64,000 nucleotides of DNA from a virus (lineage: Duplodnaviria; Caudoviricetes), in IMG/VR virus record IMGVR_UViG_3300027914_001163, positions 64,001 to 128,000 of that record. One strand, written 5' to 3'. A model generated the notes under the pieces. It had not been told where the DNA came from. It searched no databases and was given only the letters and a program-made list of their open reading frames with translations. A program made the translations under genes and the position numbers. Shown here piece after piece: positions 19,181-30,185 of the stretch; positions within the stretch are counted from its first letter, which is position 1, and every line of letters begins with the position of its first letter.

Positions 19181-20207
19181 AAGGAGATCGTCATGAACAT
19201 AGCCTGTTGGATATTTGTAACATGGATTATATCTGGATTCCTGGTTTACTTATATGTCTGTGCTCGTTCCAGAATAAAATACGGCTATGTGACTGATGAT
19301 TGTTTAATCGTAGGCAAGGCGTGTATCATTTTAGGCTACATTGCCGTGGTGATGTTCGTACTTGAAGTTGCTTTTATTGTTGGAGAAAAAATAAAAAAAT
19401 GGAGATCACGACATGGCAACGTGCGTAATGTGCGGTAGTCACATTCCTGATAATCAAGGAAGCCGAACATGCTCTATGTGTTACGGCGATCCAGATCACG
19501 GTAAGGATGGTTATTATCGTGATTATCTCAGAAGACAAGATGAAGAAGAACAACAACGCCGGGAGGAGGAAGAACGACATGGCAGACGGTAAGATGATTG
19601 CTCAATCATTTCAGAAAGCATATCTTCAAGTTTACATTTATGATGATGGCTTTATTGAGATTGCGGAAAATCAGGAATTGCACCTTGGCAAAGAAGGAAA
19701 GCAATATCAAAAAGAATTGGTCAACGACGATGCTTGCGACCGTGAGGTTTATATTAATCTGACCGATAAACATATTGTGAAACTTGGCGTTCTGGAGATC
19801 GATCTGAAACAAGCAAAATTAATTCATTCCAAGAAGTTGGTATACAAATGATTTCAGAAATAAACTACGGAACGTTTACCGTTTATCGTTATTGGTTTAT
19901 CCGTGGGTTTACCAGCGAGACACTGAAATGGTTTCGATTTGGAAAATACGGAATTGGTTTATGGTGGCAAAATGTCGCTAAATCAAATTATGTGTCCTTT
20001 AGCGTTAGACAGAGGATAGTCGGAATACGGTTGCGCAGTTGGCATCTAAAAATTTTATGGCCTCGAAAACCCGTTCAATGCGGTACTCCCTATATTGTCA
20101 ATGAACCACTTCCAATATGGGAAAAAGATAAAAATATTATTTGACAGGAAAATCGTATTTGTATATATTACGTTAAGATAGTATTCAATTAACTAAAGGA
20201 GGGTCGA

Positions 20208-20843
20208 ATGCGAACTTTTGTACAAATGTCCACTATACTGCCTGAGAAAAAAACTGACAACATCGCTATTCAGCATTTTTCTTTTACCCCAAAAGAACTC
20301 GAACATACAATCATGATGACGTTAATGGGAACAGGCGCAAAGTATTCCTGCGTACATCATTTGAAATCTGATTACACCTACACCAAACTCGTAATGGGAC
20401 ATTCAACATGGATGAGTGATACCCCGATGGAACGAATCACCAACCAGGAATTCATCAATAAAGCAACCGGCAGGGTGCTCATGTTTGGTCTTGGTATTGG
20501 TATGTGTCTGTATCCCTTGATGATTGATGACACTATCGAAAGTATTACTGTCGTGGACATTAATCAAGACCTTATCAACCTGGTCAGCCCTTATTATCCT
20601 CATCCGAAAGTTCGCATTATCTGCGCCGATGCTTTCGAACTCGATCTCGGAAAAGAAAAATTTGACACTATCTATTTTGATATATGGAGAGATATGAGTT
20701 CTGATAATTATGAAGAGATGAAAGTCCTTCATAAGCGATACCGCAAGAACTATAACACCAAGCATCCCCAACGTTTCATCGACAGTTGGATGCGCAGTGA
20801 AATGAAAAATGAATATAACAATGAAAAGAGGTCTATATGGTAA
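20208..20843 (+). CDS. SAM-dependent methyltransferase (spermidine-synthase-like fold)
   Basis: VLMFGLGIG, VVDI, ADAF, FDTIYFDIW; TTGACA promoter and strong SD upstream. Confidence 0.8.
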   Translation: MRTFVQMSTILPEKKTDNIAIQHFSFTPKELEHTIMMTLMGTGAKYSCVHHLKSDYTYTKLVMGHSTWMSDTPMERITNQEFINKATGRVLMFGLGIGMCLYPLMIDDTIESITVVDINQDLINLVSPYYPHPKVRIICADAFELDLGKEKFDTIYFDIWRDMSSDNYEEMKVLHKRYRKNYNTKHPQRFIDSWMRSEMKNEYNNEKRSIW

Positions 20844-21266
20844 AGCCACGTCCTTGGTCAGCAGTGCCAATGAAGACCAAAGTATTGATTATTACTTTTG
20901 CCGTTGGATATTTTCCTTTCATGTGGTGGTTTTCACATGCCCTTGAAGCCCTGTGGATTATTTTTATGTTCGCTTGTTCGATTATAATGATTGTTAAATC
21001 ATATTACGAAGGCAAGGGCGGAGTTTGGGTAGCTGGTTGGATAACGCTGATCTTGACCACCATTTCTTTTGCAGGATACTTGGCACAACAGGCTATGAAA
21101 TGAAAGATAAAAAACAACCGATCAGATGCATCAACTGTCGTCGTCTCATAGACCCTTGTGAAAAGTTTCTTGGTTTGCAGGGAGCAAGAGAATGGTGCGA
21201 ATATAAACAGAAGATTATTTTTAACTTCAACGAGGATATTGTGCATTGCCCTGAATATCGAAGATT

Positions 21267-21833
21267 ATGGTGGAAGATATGGATCAAAAAATAAAACAAG
21301 TGATCGTCATGAGGACTGATCTTAATATGCGCAAAGGGAAAATGTGCGCCCAGGCAGCTCATGCAAGCATGAAAATATTTTTTGATCTCATGAGCACTTC
21401 AATAGAAGAAGTTTCTGTTTTTCCGGTTGATAACAATTTTACTCATGTTATTGGCCAATCTACGAAAACAAAGGTAATTTATAAACGATTGATGTTCAGT
21501 CCTGATGATCCCATGCTTCATTGGATGGAAGGATTGTTCGCTAAGATCGTTGTTGGTGCTGGCTCACTGGAAGAGTTGTTGGAGATACGAAGACGGGCAG
21601 TGATAGCCGACTTATATGTTTCAATTATCGAGGACAGCGGTGCGACAGAATTCAAGGATGAATGCCCTGAGTGTGTTGGAGTTGGTATTATTGACCCATA
21701 CCATAACAATTTAAGTTGTTCTACATGTGGTGGAACAGGAAAGGTCAACAGACCAACTATTACCTGTCTGGCGATCGGACCGGCGTATTCTGAAGCCGTT
21801 GATAAAATTACAGGAGGTTTAAAGTTACTATGA
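21267..21833 (+). CDS. peptidyl-tRNA hydrolase Pth2-type with zinc-finger insert
   Basis: KQVIVMRTDLNMRKGKMCAQAAHAS, KIVV, IEDSGATEF, TCLAIGP. Confidence 0.9.
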   Translation: MVEDMDQKIKQVIVMRTDLNMRKGKMCAQAAHASMKIFFDLMSTSIEEVSVFPVDNNFTHVIGQSTKTKVIYKRLMFSPDDPMLHWMEGLFAKIVVGAGSLEELLEIRRRAVIADLYVSIIEDSGATEFKDECPECVGVGIIDPYHNNLSCSTCGGTGKVNRPTITCLAIGPAYSEAVDKITGGLKLL

Positions 21834-22192
21834 TAACAAGATTTGAATGGTATACTCCGCCAATGACCAAGGACGATTACAAAGTTCTTGATCGTGTAGT
21901 GCCGATATTGGTTAAGGCGCAAGGACAAAGGAAAGCGATAACCAATAAGAAACTGTGCGAAAAGTTGTTCGGTATAAAAGCGGACACAGCGCAGATACGA
22001 AAAATCATCAGTCACATTCGGCGTGAAGGAATCATCGAATGCCTGGTGTCGAGTCAGAAAGGATACTACGTCAGTCATAGCCCGAAGGACGTAAAAAATT
22101 ATATTGATTCTTTACGCCAACGTTCCAGTGCTATCAATGCCGTGGCTGATGCCTTGGTACTTCAGAACAGGAAACTGAAAAGGAGAAAATAA
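21830..22192 (+). CDS. winged-helix DNA-binding protein
   Basis: IRKIISHIRREG...SSQKGYY. Confidence 0.55.
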   Translation: MITRFEWYTPPMTKDDYKVLDRVVPILVKAQGQRKAITNKKLCEKLFGIKADTAQIRKIISHIRREGIIECLVSSQKGYYVSHSPKDVKNYIDSLRQRSSAINAVADALVLQNRKLKRRK

Positions 22193-22948
22193 TGCCGGAA
22201 CAAAAAAAACCTAAACCGAAACTTATTCCGCCTGATAAGAAACGTTGTCAGGCTTTAAGGCCGAACGGAAATAATTTCATGACGTTTGGCGGTGTAGTTG
22301 GCATGGAACGATGCAAAGAAGTTCCTACGGTAATTATTACCGAACTCAACAGATCAGAAATTGATGGTTTAATAGGCTCCATGTCTCTTTGCGATCACTG
22401 TTTAGGAAAAGCCAAAGAGCAATTAGGTGAAGCGTATTTCATCGTTAAGGAAATTAAAAGGAAAAAGAAATGATAATGCGGATAGTACGTGATTGCACGA
22501 CATGCAAATTAGCCACTCCGAAGTGTCCCTATTTTGATTTGGATTGCGTCAAAAGGTTGCAGACTCATTATTGTCGGCACTGGCGAGGAGAGCATGTAGA
22601 GGATAGAATCATTCGCACTTGTCCGTATTGCGAGTATACAGAATTTTTACAATATAAGATGGCTTCGTTCTCCTACAATAAGCCATTCAGAAACATTATC
22701 GCAAAATTGGACGATGTTGATGATACCGGAGAAAATATTGACCTGTGGGCTTGTCCAAATTGCGGTCTTGTCCATTGCGAGGAGGTTTAAATGATGACTG
22801 AAACAAGTATGGAAGTGTTAAGCATCCTTGCTCATATGCTTGCCAAAGCAGATTGGGGCAATGACAGTTCGTATACGTTACCGAATGGTTCAACGTGGAC
22901 TAAAAAGGAATTCTATCAATATATCGAAAAGATGTTAGTGGTAGCCGG

Positions 22949-23548
22949 ATGAACAAAAGATATTACGCAGCGAAGTATAAGGACGGCACGTTCAACATCT
23001 TTTACGATACATGGAACAGTGTTAAACCGAAACTGCAAGGAGTCTCCGGTGTCATTTTTAAAGGATTTGACTCCAGAGAAGAACTGAAGGTATGGCTTGA
23101 GGAAATACTTCAGTATAAAATGATTGAGCGCACCGAAGATACTCCGTTTGTACCGGACATGATTTATCTGTTCACTGATGGATCGAACGATAACGAAACT
23201 GTTTCCTGGGCGTGGGTGGCAGTGTGCAATAATAAAAAAATATCTGAAGACCGGGGAACAGGAGCCTACAACAAGAGCCGTAATGTTGCCGGAGAGATTG
23301 AAGCTGCGGTAAGGGCTATTAAATGGTTTGTTGCAACATATCCAGAAGATCAGCGTGTTGTTATAGTACACGATTACATAGGGCTTTCCATGTGGATGAA
23401 TGGACAATGGGGTGCTCGGTCAGAACAGGCATTATATTTTTTAAATGAATTAAAACCATTGGCGCATAGAATTTCCTGGGAGAAAGTAAAAGGACATTCC
23501 GGCGTGACATGGAATGAATATGTTGATAAATTAGCATACAGGAGATAG
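22949..23548 (+). CDS. ribonuclease HI with N-terminal hybrid-binding domain
   Basis: YYA..W...FKGF; FTDGS, GEIEA, HDY, KVKGHSG..NEYVDKLA. Confidence 0.9.
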   Translation: MNKRYYAAKYKDGTFNIFYDTWNSVKPKLQGVSGVIFKGFDSREELKVWLEEILQYKMIERTEDTPFVPDMIYLFTDGSNDNETVSWAWVAVCNNKKISEDRGTGAYNKSRNVAGEIEAAVRAIKWFVATYPEDQRVVIVHDYIGLSMWMNGQWGARSEQALYFLNELKPLAHRISWEKVKGHSGVTWNEYVDKLAYRR

Positions 23549-23552
23549 GGGC

Positions 23553-24101
23553 ATGATACTGAGTGAGAAAGAACTCCAAGACCTGGAGAATGAAGCCGTT
23601 GAACAAATCAGAGAGTTGATTGGCTCTGGCTACGTGCGGGAATATTATTTACAAATGGGTGCAAGAGACCTGGTGGAATGGTTTAAGGCCGGAATGAAAA
23701 AGGCTTTAAAGATCGACCAAATTAATCTTCCTATGGCCAAGATCGGTCTTGAAGGGTTATGCGCCAAACAAACCACCATCGCTATTATTTTTAATTCTGA
23801 AAATAACAGTTTTGCAATCGGCCATAATACCTGTGCCAACCCCCAAGGGACTTGTCCACGAGAAGTACAAGGTTTTGCAACTGGTGAAGGATATGAATTA
23901 TGCAAATCGGTTTGCGAACAGGTAGGACATGCCGAGACCAATGCATTGCGCAGTGCCGGTGATATGGCTAAAGGTGCTACATTATTGCTGATTGGTCATA
24001 ACCGAATATGCAATGACTGCGCCAAGGCAATGAAGGAAGCGGGAATAAAGGACACTTACATTATCGGTGATCTTATCTGTAAAGGAAACGGCCATGAGTG
24101 A
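23553..24101 (+). CDS. zinc-dependent deaminase (dCMP deaminase-like)
   Basis: HAETNA ... ICNDC. Confidence 0.8.
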   Translation: MILSEKELQDLENEAVEQIRELIGSGYVREYYLQMGARDLVEWFKAGMKKALKIDQINLPMAKIGLEGLCAKQTTIAIIFNSENNSFAIGHNTCANPQGTCPREVQGFATGEGYELCKSVCEQVGHAETNALRSAGDMAKGATLLLIGHNRICNDCAKAMKEAGIKDTYIIGDLICKGNGHE

Positions 24102-24153
24102 ACCAGAGAGAAAATATAATTACAAATCAAACTCAAAGACTAAGGGAGGAAGC

Positions 24154-24957
24154 ATGTCAACGAAAGTAGATTTACTGGTTATCGATCCGCAGTACGACTT
24201 CTGCGATCCGAACGGGAGCCTCTATGTCAAAGGTGCAGAGAAAGACATGGAGAGACTGGCTGACATGATCAATCGTGTCGGTGATAAACTCAACGATGTC
24301 CATGTGACGATGGATACTCACCATCTGATCGACATCGCACATCCGGCGTACTGGAAGGATTCGTCCGGCAAGCACCCCAACCCTTTCACCATTATCTCAC
24401 GAGAGGATGTTGAAAAGGGAACATGGGTTCCCACTCTTCCTTCTCTCGCCAAGCGCAGTCTGGAATATGTTCGTGCGCTCGAACAAAATAAACGGTATCC
24501 GCTGTGTATCTGGCCAGCGCACTGCCTGATCGGTAGTGTGGGACATACGGTATATAAACCGATGTGCGAATCTCTTCTGGCTCTGGAGTCACGGAACTTC
24601 TTCATGGTAGATTATATCACCAAAGGAAGCAACCCCTTCACTGAGCACTACAGCGGTGTCAAGGCCGATGTTCCCGATCCGTCCGATCCGAGCACCAGTA
24701 TCAACACCAGACTGATCAAGACGCTCCTCGAAGCCGATGTCATCGCCCTGGCGGGAGAAGCCCTGTCACACTGTCTGGCCAATACGGTCAGGGACATTGC
24801 GCAGGAGTTCGGTGACGATAGTTACGTCAAGAAGTTTGTTCTTCTTGAAGACGCTACCAGTCCGGTTCCAGGTTTTGAAGCGATGGCAGACTCGTTCGTT
24901 CAAGAAATGAAGGCGAGGGGTATGCAGATCGATAACACGAAAAACTTTCTATCATAA
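24154..24957 (+). CDS. nicotinamidase/isochorismatase-family hydrolase
   Basis: VIDPQYDFC, DTHH, WPAHC, KGSN, GEALSHC. Confidence 0.88.
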   Translation: MSTKVDLLVIDPQYDFCDPNGSLYVKGAEKDMERLADMINRVGDKLNDVHVTMDTHHLIDIAHPAYWKDSSGKHPNPFTIISREDVEKGTWVPTLPSLAKRSLEYVRALEQNKRYPLCIWPAHCLIGSVGHTVYKPMCESLLALESRNFFMVDYITKGSNPFTEHYSGVKADVPDPSDPSTSINTRLIKTLLEADVIALAGEALSHCLANTVRDIAQEFGDDSYVKKFVLLEDATSPVPGFEAMADSFVQEMKARGMQIDNTKNFLS

Positions 24958-24966
24958 GGAGGAATT

Positions 24967-25644
24967 ATGAGAGAAGATTATACAGATATTACTTTTCTTC
25001 TGGATGACTCTGGCTCCATGTCAGGTCGGACAGGCGACACCATTGGAGGCTATAATGCCTTCATAAAAGAACAGAAGGAAGTTCCTGGCTTTGCCACGAT
25101 GACCTTGTATCAATTTGCCACAACGTCACGAAAGCAATACGAAGCCAAGAACATGAAAGACGTGGAAGACATCACTGACAAGACTTACATTGCCAATGGT
25201 ACTTCCACTGCCCTGCTTGACGCTATCGGTATTGCCATTACTGAAACCGGAAAGCGTCTGAAGGAAATGAATGAGAAAGATCGTCCGGCAAAGGTGATCA
25301 TGGTCATTTAAACTGACGGTCTCGAAAACGCCAGCAGGGAATTTACTTACGCCCAAGTCACTGAGATGATCAAACATCAAGAAGAAAAATACAATTGGAA
25401 AATTGTATTTCTCGGAGCCAGTCTTGATGCAGCCAATCAGGGCGCAAGTATCGGAGTAAAGGCTATGAACATGATGCATTACTCTCAAACTTCTCAAGGA
25501 AATGCCGCCATGTACAAATCAGTTTCCAGAGGAATAACGAAACTGCGTAATGCGGTTGAGGCTGACTATATGGCTATGTCGGCATTCGAACTCGAAGACA
25601 AGAAAGAACAAGAAGAAATTCTCAAATCAACAGGAGGGCAATAA
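24967..25644 (+). pseudogene. vWA-domain gene interrupted by one in-frame TAA (25309-25311)
   Basis: DDSGSM MIDAS, TALLDA, then VIMVI*TDGLENASREFT continuing in frame into ORF 25366-25644. Confidence 0.8.
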
Positions 25645-26021
25645 CTATGTATTGTCTTAAAATGAACAAAATTATCGGCAGGATGAATTGCCGAACATGC
25701 GGACACAAAGCGTCCTGCACCGAACTTCGCTCGTTTGCCGAAAATCATCAGAGCGAAGAAAACTCCGTCGATCTCATTGACTCGATCATCGCCTATGAAA
25801 TTGCGGATGCTGTCATGGGCGATAATGGTCAGGGCAATGGTGGCGACGAAAGAGTTTCCGAAGTTTCTCAGGAAATGTCGGAAGCGGAGATCAAAGAGAT
25901 TGACACCGATACCAGTCATGATTCAGATTCAGATTCGAGCAGCAGTTGCGATTCTGGATCGGATTGCGATTGCGGTGGTGGCAGTTCAGATTAACAAAAC
26001 AAAACCTAAAGGAGAAATATT

Positions 26022-26771
26022 ATGCCTCGCTTAAATGATGATACGCTGGAAACTCTGAAGCTGACCGGAACGAACTTCCAGTATTCGGCAACTCGCATCG
26101 AAAATCTCGGTGCGACCGAATACACTCTGGTAACAGTCGTTGTTGATACCAGCGGAAGTGTTGCCGATTTCAAGGACGAATTGGAGAAGTGCTTGCAGAA
26201 AGTCATTGAAGCATGTCGCAAATCTCCGAGGGCTGACAATCTTCTGATTCGCATCGTCACCTTCAATAACAAAATTGAAGAAGTACACGGTTACAAACTT
26301 CTTTCCAATTGCAATCTTGACGATTATAAATCGATTCTGGATTGCGATGGCATGACGGCACTGTATGATGCGTCTTTCAATTCGATTGAAGCTGCCCTTG
26401 CTTACGGAAAAACCCTGGTGGATGCTGACTTCTCCGTTAACGCCATAGTCTTCGTGATGACTGACGGAATGGATAACAAATCTACCTATGGTCGCAACAA
26501 GGTCAAGGAAGCGTTGCAGAGAGCCGTTAAGGGCGAGATGATTGAATCGATGGTCTCTGTTCTTATCGGTGTCAACGTAACCGAACCTGAAGTCGATCAT
26601 TACCTGACGATGTTCAAAAACGATTCCGGCTTTACTCAGTATGTGAAGGTCGATGATGCAACGCCCCAACGTCTGGCGAAACTTGCAGAGTTCGTCAGTA
26701 AATCGATCAGTTCACAGAGTCAAGCGATTAACAGTGGAGCACCGAGTCAGCCTTTAAACCTTACTATATAA
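26022..26771 (+). CDS. vWA-domain (TerY-like) protein
   Basis: VDTSGSV, TALYDA, MTDGMDN. Confidence 0.85.
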   Translation: MPRLNDDTLETLKLTGTNFQYSATRIENLGATEYTLVTVVVDTSGSVADFKDELEKCLQKVIEACRKSPRADNLLIRIVTFNNKIEEVHGYKLLSNCNLDDYKSILDCDGMTALYDASFNSIEAALAYGKTLVDADFSVNAIVFVMTDGMDNKSTYGRNKVKEALQRAVKGEMIESMVSVLIGVNVTEPEVDHYLTMFKNDSGFTQYVKVDDATPQRLAKLAEFVSKSISSQSQAINSGAPSQPLNLTI

Positions 26772-26965
26772 GAGGGCAATATATGTCGGGGGTCAATGGA
26801 GAAGGGGAAAGTTTGAAGTGCTATGCAGGGTCTCAGATGGTATCGAAACAAATCAAAGAACTATCTGAGGCTCTGCATAATGTCGGGGCTTTGTTTGATT
26901 TCGAACGTGACTTATCGGAAAAAAGCAAAGAAGAATTTCGTAAAAGATTTTTATAGGAGGATGTT

Positions 26966-27547
26966 GTGAAAAAGATTTTATTTTTTATCATGGCTGTCTT
27001 CTTGTTAATGTCAATGGCGGTATATTCTGCACCATCATCTGGCGATTCCAGTGAGGCCACGGAAGTAACGGTGAATCTGAAGGACCTTGACAACGAGACT
27101 GCTTCCAGGATTCTCAATAAAATGAGAGAAAAAGAAAAAGACAAAACTGTTGAACTTTCTCCGTCAAAAGTAGATCAGTGGCGGGAAATAGCGCAGAGTT
27201 TGGGTCTGGCTGTCAAAGAACTGTGCCAAGCATTGAATGTTGAAATTAATGCTTTTATAAAAACAGATGCCGGTAAACTTCTCACGTTTATGCTGATCTG
27301 GAAAGTGTTCGGCGCACAACTGGTTGCAGCTCTGATTCGATTTGTCATATGGGGGACTATTCTTGGCGTTACGTTCTGGTCGTTTCGATATTTTCATATG
27401 AGCAGAAAAGAAATCGGCAAGGATAATAAAATAGAATATGTTCCTCGATATAATTGGGGCAGTAACGAAGCAAAAACGTTTTCAGTAGCAGCTCATGTTA
27501 TTGTGGCTATTGTCTCGGCTTTGATAATGTCGTTTGCGATTTTATAA
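26966..27547 (+). CDS. membrane protein
   Basis: Signal peptide plus TM helices. Confidence 0.6.
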   Translation: MKKILFFIMAVFLLMSMAVYSAPSSGDSSEATEVTVNLKDLDNETASRILNKMREKEKDKTVELSPSKVDQWREIAQSLGLAVKELCQALNVEINAFIKTDAGKLLTFMLIWKVFGAQLVAALIRFVIWGTILGVTFWSFRYFHMSRKEIGKDNKIEYVPRYNWGSNEAKTFSVAAHVIVAIVSALIMSFAIL

Positions 27548-27559
27548 GGAAGGACACCT

Positions 27560-28369
27560 ATGAATACTGATGTTGCATTTTCTATTGGAAGTACACATGA
27601 AATCTGCCAGGATTATGCAACCAATCTTGGCACGGTGAACGATCATCATGTGATTGTTTGCGATGGTTGTTCATCGTCGCCAATGACTGACGTGGGAGCA
27701 AGGCTTCTTGCTCTCACGGCCAGTTTCATCCTGAGTGAAGAAGGCGAATATTTACGTGAGTCATTTGGGGCTGACGTTGTACGGTTGATAAAACATAAGT
27801 ACGCATATGAATTAAAAATGAATCCATCTATGTTTGATGCTACGCTCTTGGTGGCACAATGCTGTGATGATGAAGTAAATATATTCATGGCTGGTGACGG
27901 AATGGTCGTGGCTAAAAAGAAAAATGGTGAATACAATACCATTTTAAGAAATTATCCATCTGGTTATCCACGATACCTTGCTTACGATTTAAGTTCAGAA
28001 CGAAAAAAAGAATACGCCAAGGTTGCGGGATTTGTAAATGAAGAACACATTCTTGATAAACTGGAGAATATAGGTTCTTATCTTGGGCTTACTGTCGGCC
28101 AGGAAGCACTTGATTCAGTAATGTTTTATTCCATGAAAGCCGAAGACCTTGAATGGGTGGCAATTTTCTCAGATGGTATTGGATCGTTTGTGGATAAAAC
28201 AACAAAAGAGAAAATATCTGAATACACAATTATTAAAGAATTGTTGCAGTTTAAAACATTTACCGGTCGATTTGCTCAACGCCGGTTAAATAAGTTTGAA
28301 AAAGATTGTAATGCTCTGAATTACGAACATTATGATGATCTTTCAATGGGGGTAATTTATCTTGGATGA
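27560..28369 (+). CDS. PP2C-family protein phosphatase
   Basis: CQDY, VCDGCSS, AGDG, FSDG, YDDLS. Confidence 0.88.
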   Translation: MNTDVAFSIGSTHEICQDYATNLGTVNDHHVIVCDGCSSSPMTDVGARLLALTASFILSEEGEYLRESFGADVVRLIKHKYAYELKMNPSMFDATLLVAQCCDDEVNIFMAGDGMVVAKKKNGEYNTILRNYPSGYPRYLAYDLSSERKKEYAKVAGFVNEEHILDKLENIGSYLGLTVGQEALDSVMFYSMKAEDLEWVAIFSDGIGSFVDKTTKEKISEYTIIKELLQFKTFTGRFAQRRLNKFEKDCNALNYEHYDDLSMGVIYLG

Positions 28370-29711
28370 TTTATTTAAAAAAGTTCAATTATCAGAATGG
28401 TCAAAAGATGAAAAAAATCTTTTGTTATTTTTCGAAGCGTCAATGGTTGATCATCGGTGTAAAATAGATGGTCGTCGCATGAACAAAATAGATTTCGACA
28501 TTGCCAAGAAATGGGATAAAGCCGGATTTATTAAGTTTGGACGGCTCAAAATGGAAGACATCAACCAGTCCAGTAACAATAATTATAATCATTATGTGAT
28601 ATTGAACCCATTTTCCATGCAGTTGGCTCATCGATTACGCCTTGAACGAGCATTGAGAATGGAAGAGAGTTTTAAACAAAGCGTTTCGGGAGAGTACACA
28701 TTTTAATATGGAAATCTTTTGCGGTACATTAATAATATTTATTGTTGCTCTGGCATGGTTTTATTTTGATAACCGTGCTATGTATCAACAAACTGTAACC
28801 ACCTTACTGCAAGAACAAAATTTAAAAGTTTTATGTATGAATTGTGTTCGGGTATATGGTTATGAAAGGAAACAGTATGTAGATCAGTGCGAAATTCCTG
28901 CCTGTGGTCTTCGTAAAGACGGCATTCCCGATAATTCAGAATATTTAATAACAAATTTTGACATTGCCGTAACTGGCTCTCCAAGATTTCAGGAATTGAA
29001 TTATGATCCTCATGGAATTGATTTTATAAAAAAACACCTAAATCATATTTGTTTTGATGGAGACTATAAGATTTATGGACACCCATCACAACTGAATATT
29101 AATCATGATTGTTATTTTTTTAAACCAGAAAGTCTTGCCCCGAAAAATCTCTCTTTAAAAGAGAGATTGAAAATATTTTTCAACATGGCAAAGGTGTCAT
29201 AATGGAAGCATCAATTACATGCAGAAAAAAAGATGGAACCACCGTGACCTATGTAAAACCTCCTCACTGCCCGATACCGGCGCACGTCTGGCGTGATCCA
29301 ATGGGTTACTGTTGGGGTCTTGCCCTGATGACCGACGAAGGGAAACGAGAACAATTCGTTAAAGAGAATTGCGAAAATCCTGTACCAACATGTTTCGAAT
29401 TATAAGGAGATTGCTATGGAAACCGCTAAGTGGATAATTGGTAGTTTAATTGCTGTGTGCCTTGTGTGGTTTGCAATATACCACGGCATACGTCAAAACA
29501 AACAACAAGCCGAACGCATGAAGTACATTTGTCTTTATTCGTTTAAAATGGGAGTACTTCATGGAAAAAACAAAATGTTTACCGATGAAGGTTTTCGGTT
29601 ACAGCAATCAATGGAAAAAAGAGGAGTAGGCGGTTATATTACGTTTACCCTTATTGATAATGTTGATGTTGATAATAATGGTAATCTTATTATAAAAGGA
29701 GAAAAGTAATC

Positions 29712-30185
29712 ATGCCAGTGATACATACCGAGGAAGATGCTTTTTGTGTTTCGAGCACAATGGATCATAAAACGAAAGTTAAGGAATTGATGCACCATTT
29801 TTCTGCGATAATTTTTGCTCGTGGAGAAATTCATGATAATTCAAAACTGGAAGACCCTGAATTTCCATTGTTTGCAGTGTGGACTCCCAAGTTGGCTGCC
29901 TTGACCTATGGCTCGGAAGAATATAAGCAAGCCCTGGAGCAACTGAAACCGGCACTGGAACATCATTATGCCAACAACAGACATCATCCTGAACATTTTA
30001 AGAATGGCATTAAGGATATGAACCTGATCGACCTGATTGAAATGTTTGTTGACTGGTACTGCGCCTCGAAGCGTCATAACGATGGTAACATCAGGAAGAG
30101 CATCGAGATCAACAAGGGGCGTTTTGGCTTCTCTGATGAGTTGGCGCAGATATTCGAAAATACCATTGAACTATTTGATGAGTGA
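29712..30185 (+). CDS. DUF5662-like HD-related protein
   Basis: HDNSK, HHYANNRHHPEHF, EMFVDW. Confidence 0.7.
   Translation: MPVIHTEEDAFCVSSTMDHKTKVKELMHHFSAIIFARGEIHDNSKLEDPEFPLFAVWTPKLAALTYGSEEYKQALEQLKPALEHHYANNRHHPEHFKNGIKDMNLIDLIEMFVDWYCASKRHNDGNIRKSIEINKGRFGFSDELAQIFENTIELFDE

Noticed and set aside
24967-25644. Alternative genetic code (stop-codon reassignment)
   Set aside because: Only one interrupted gene; TAA, TAG and TGA all end genes normally, and no suppressor tRNA was seen
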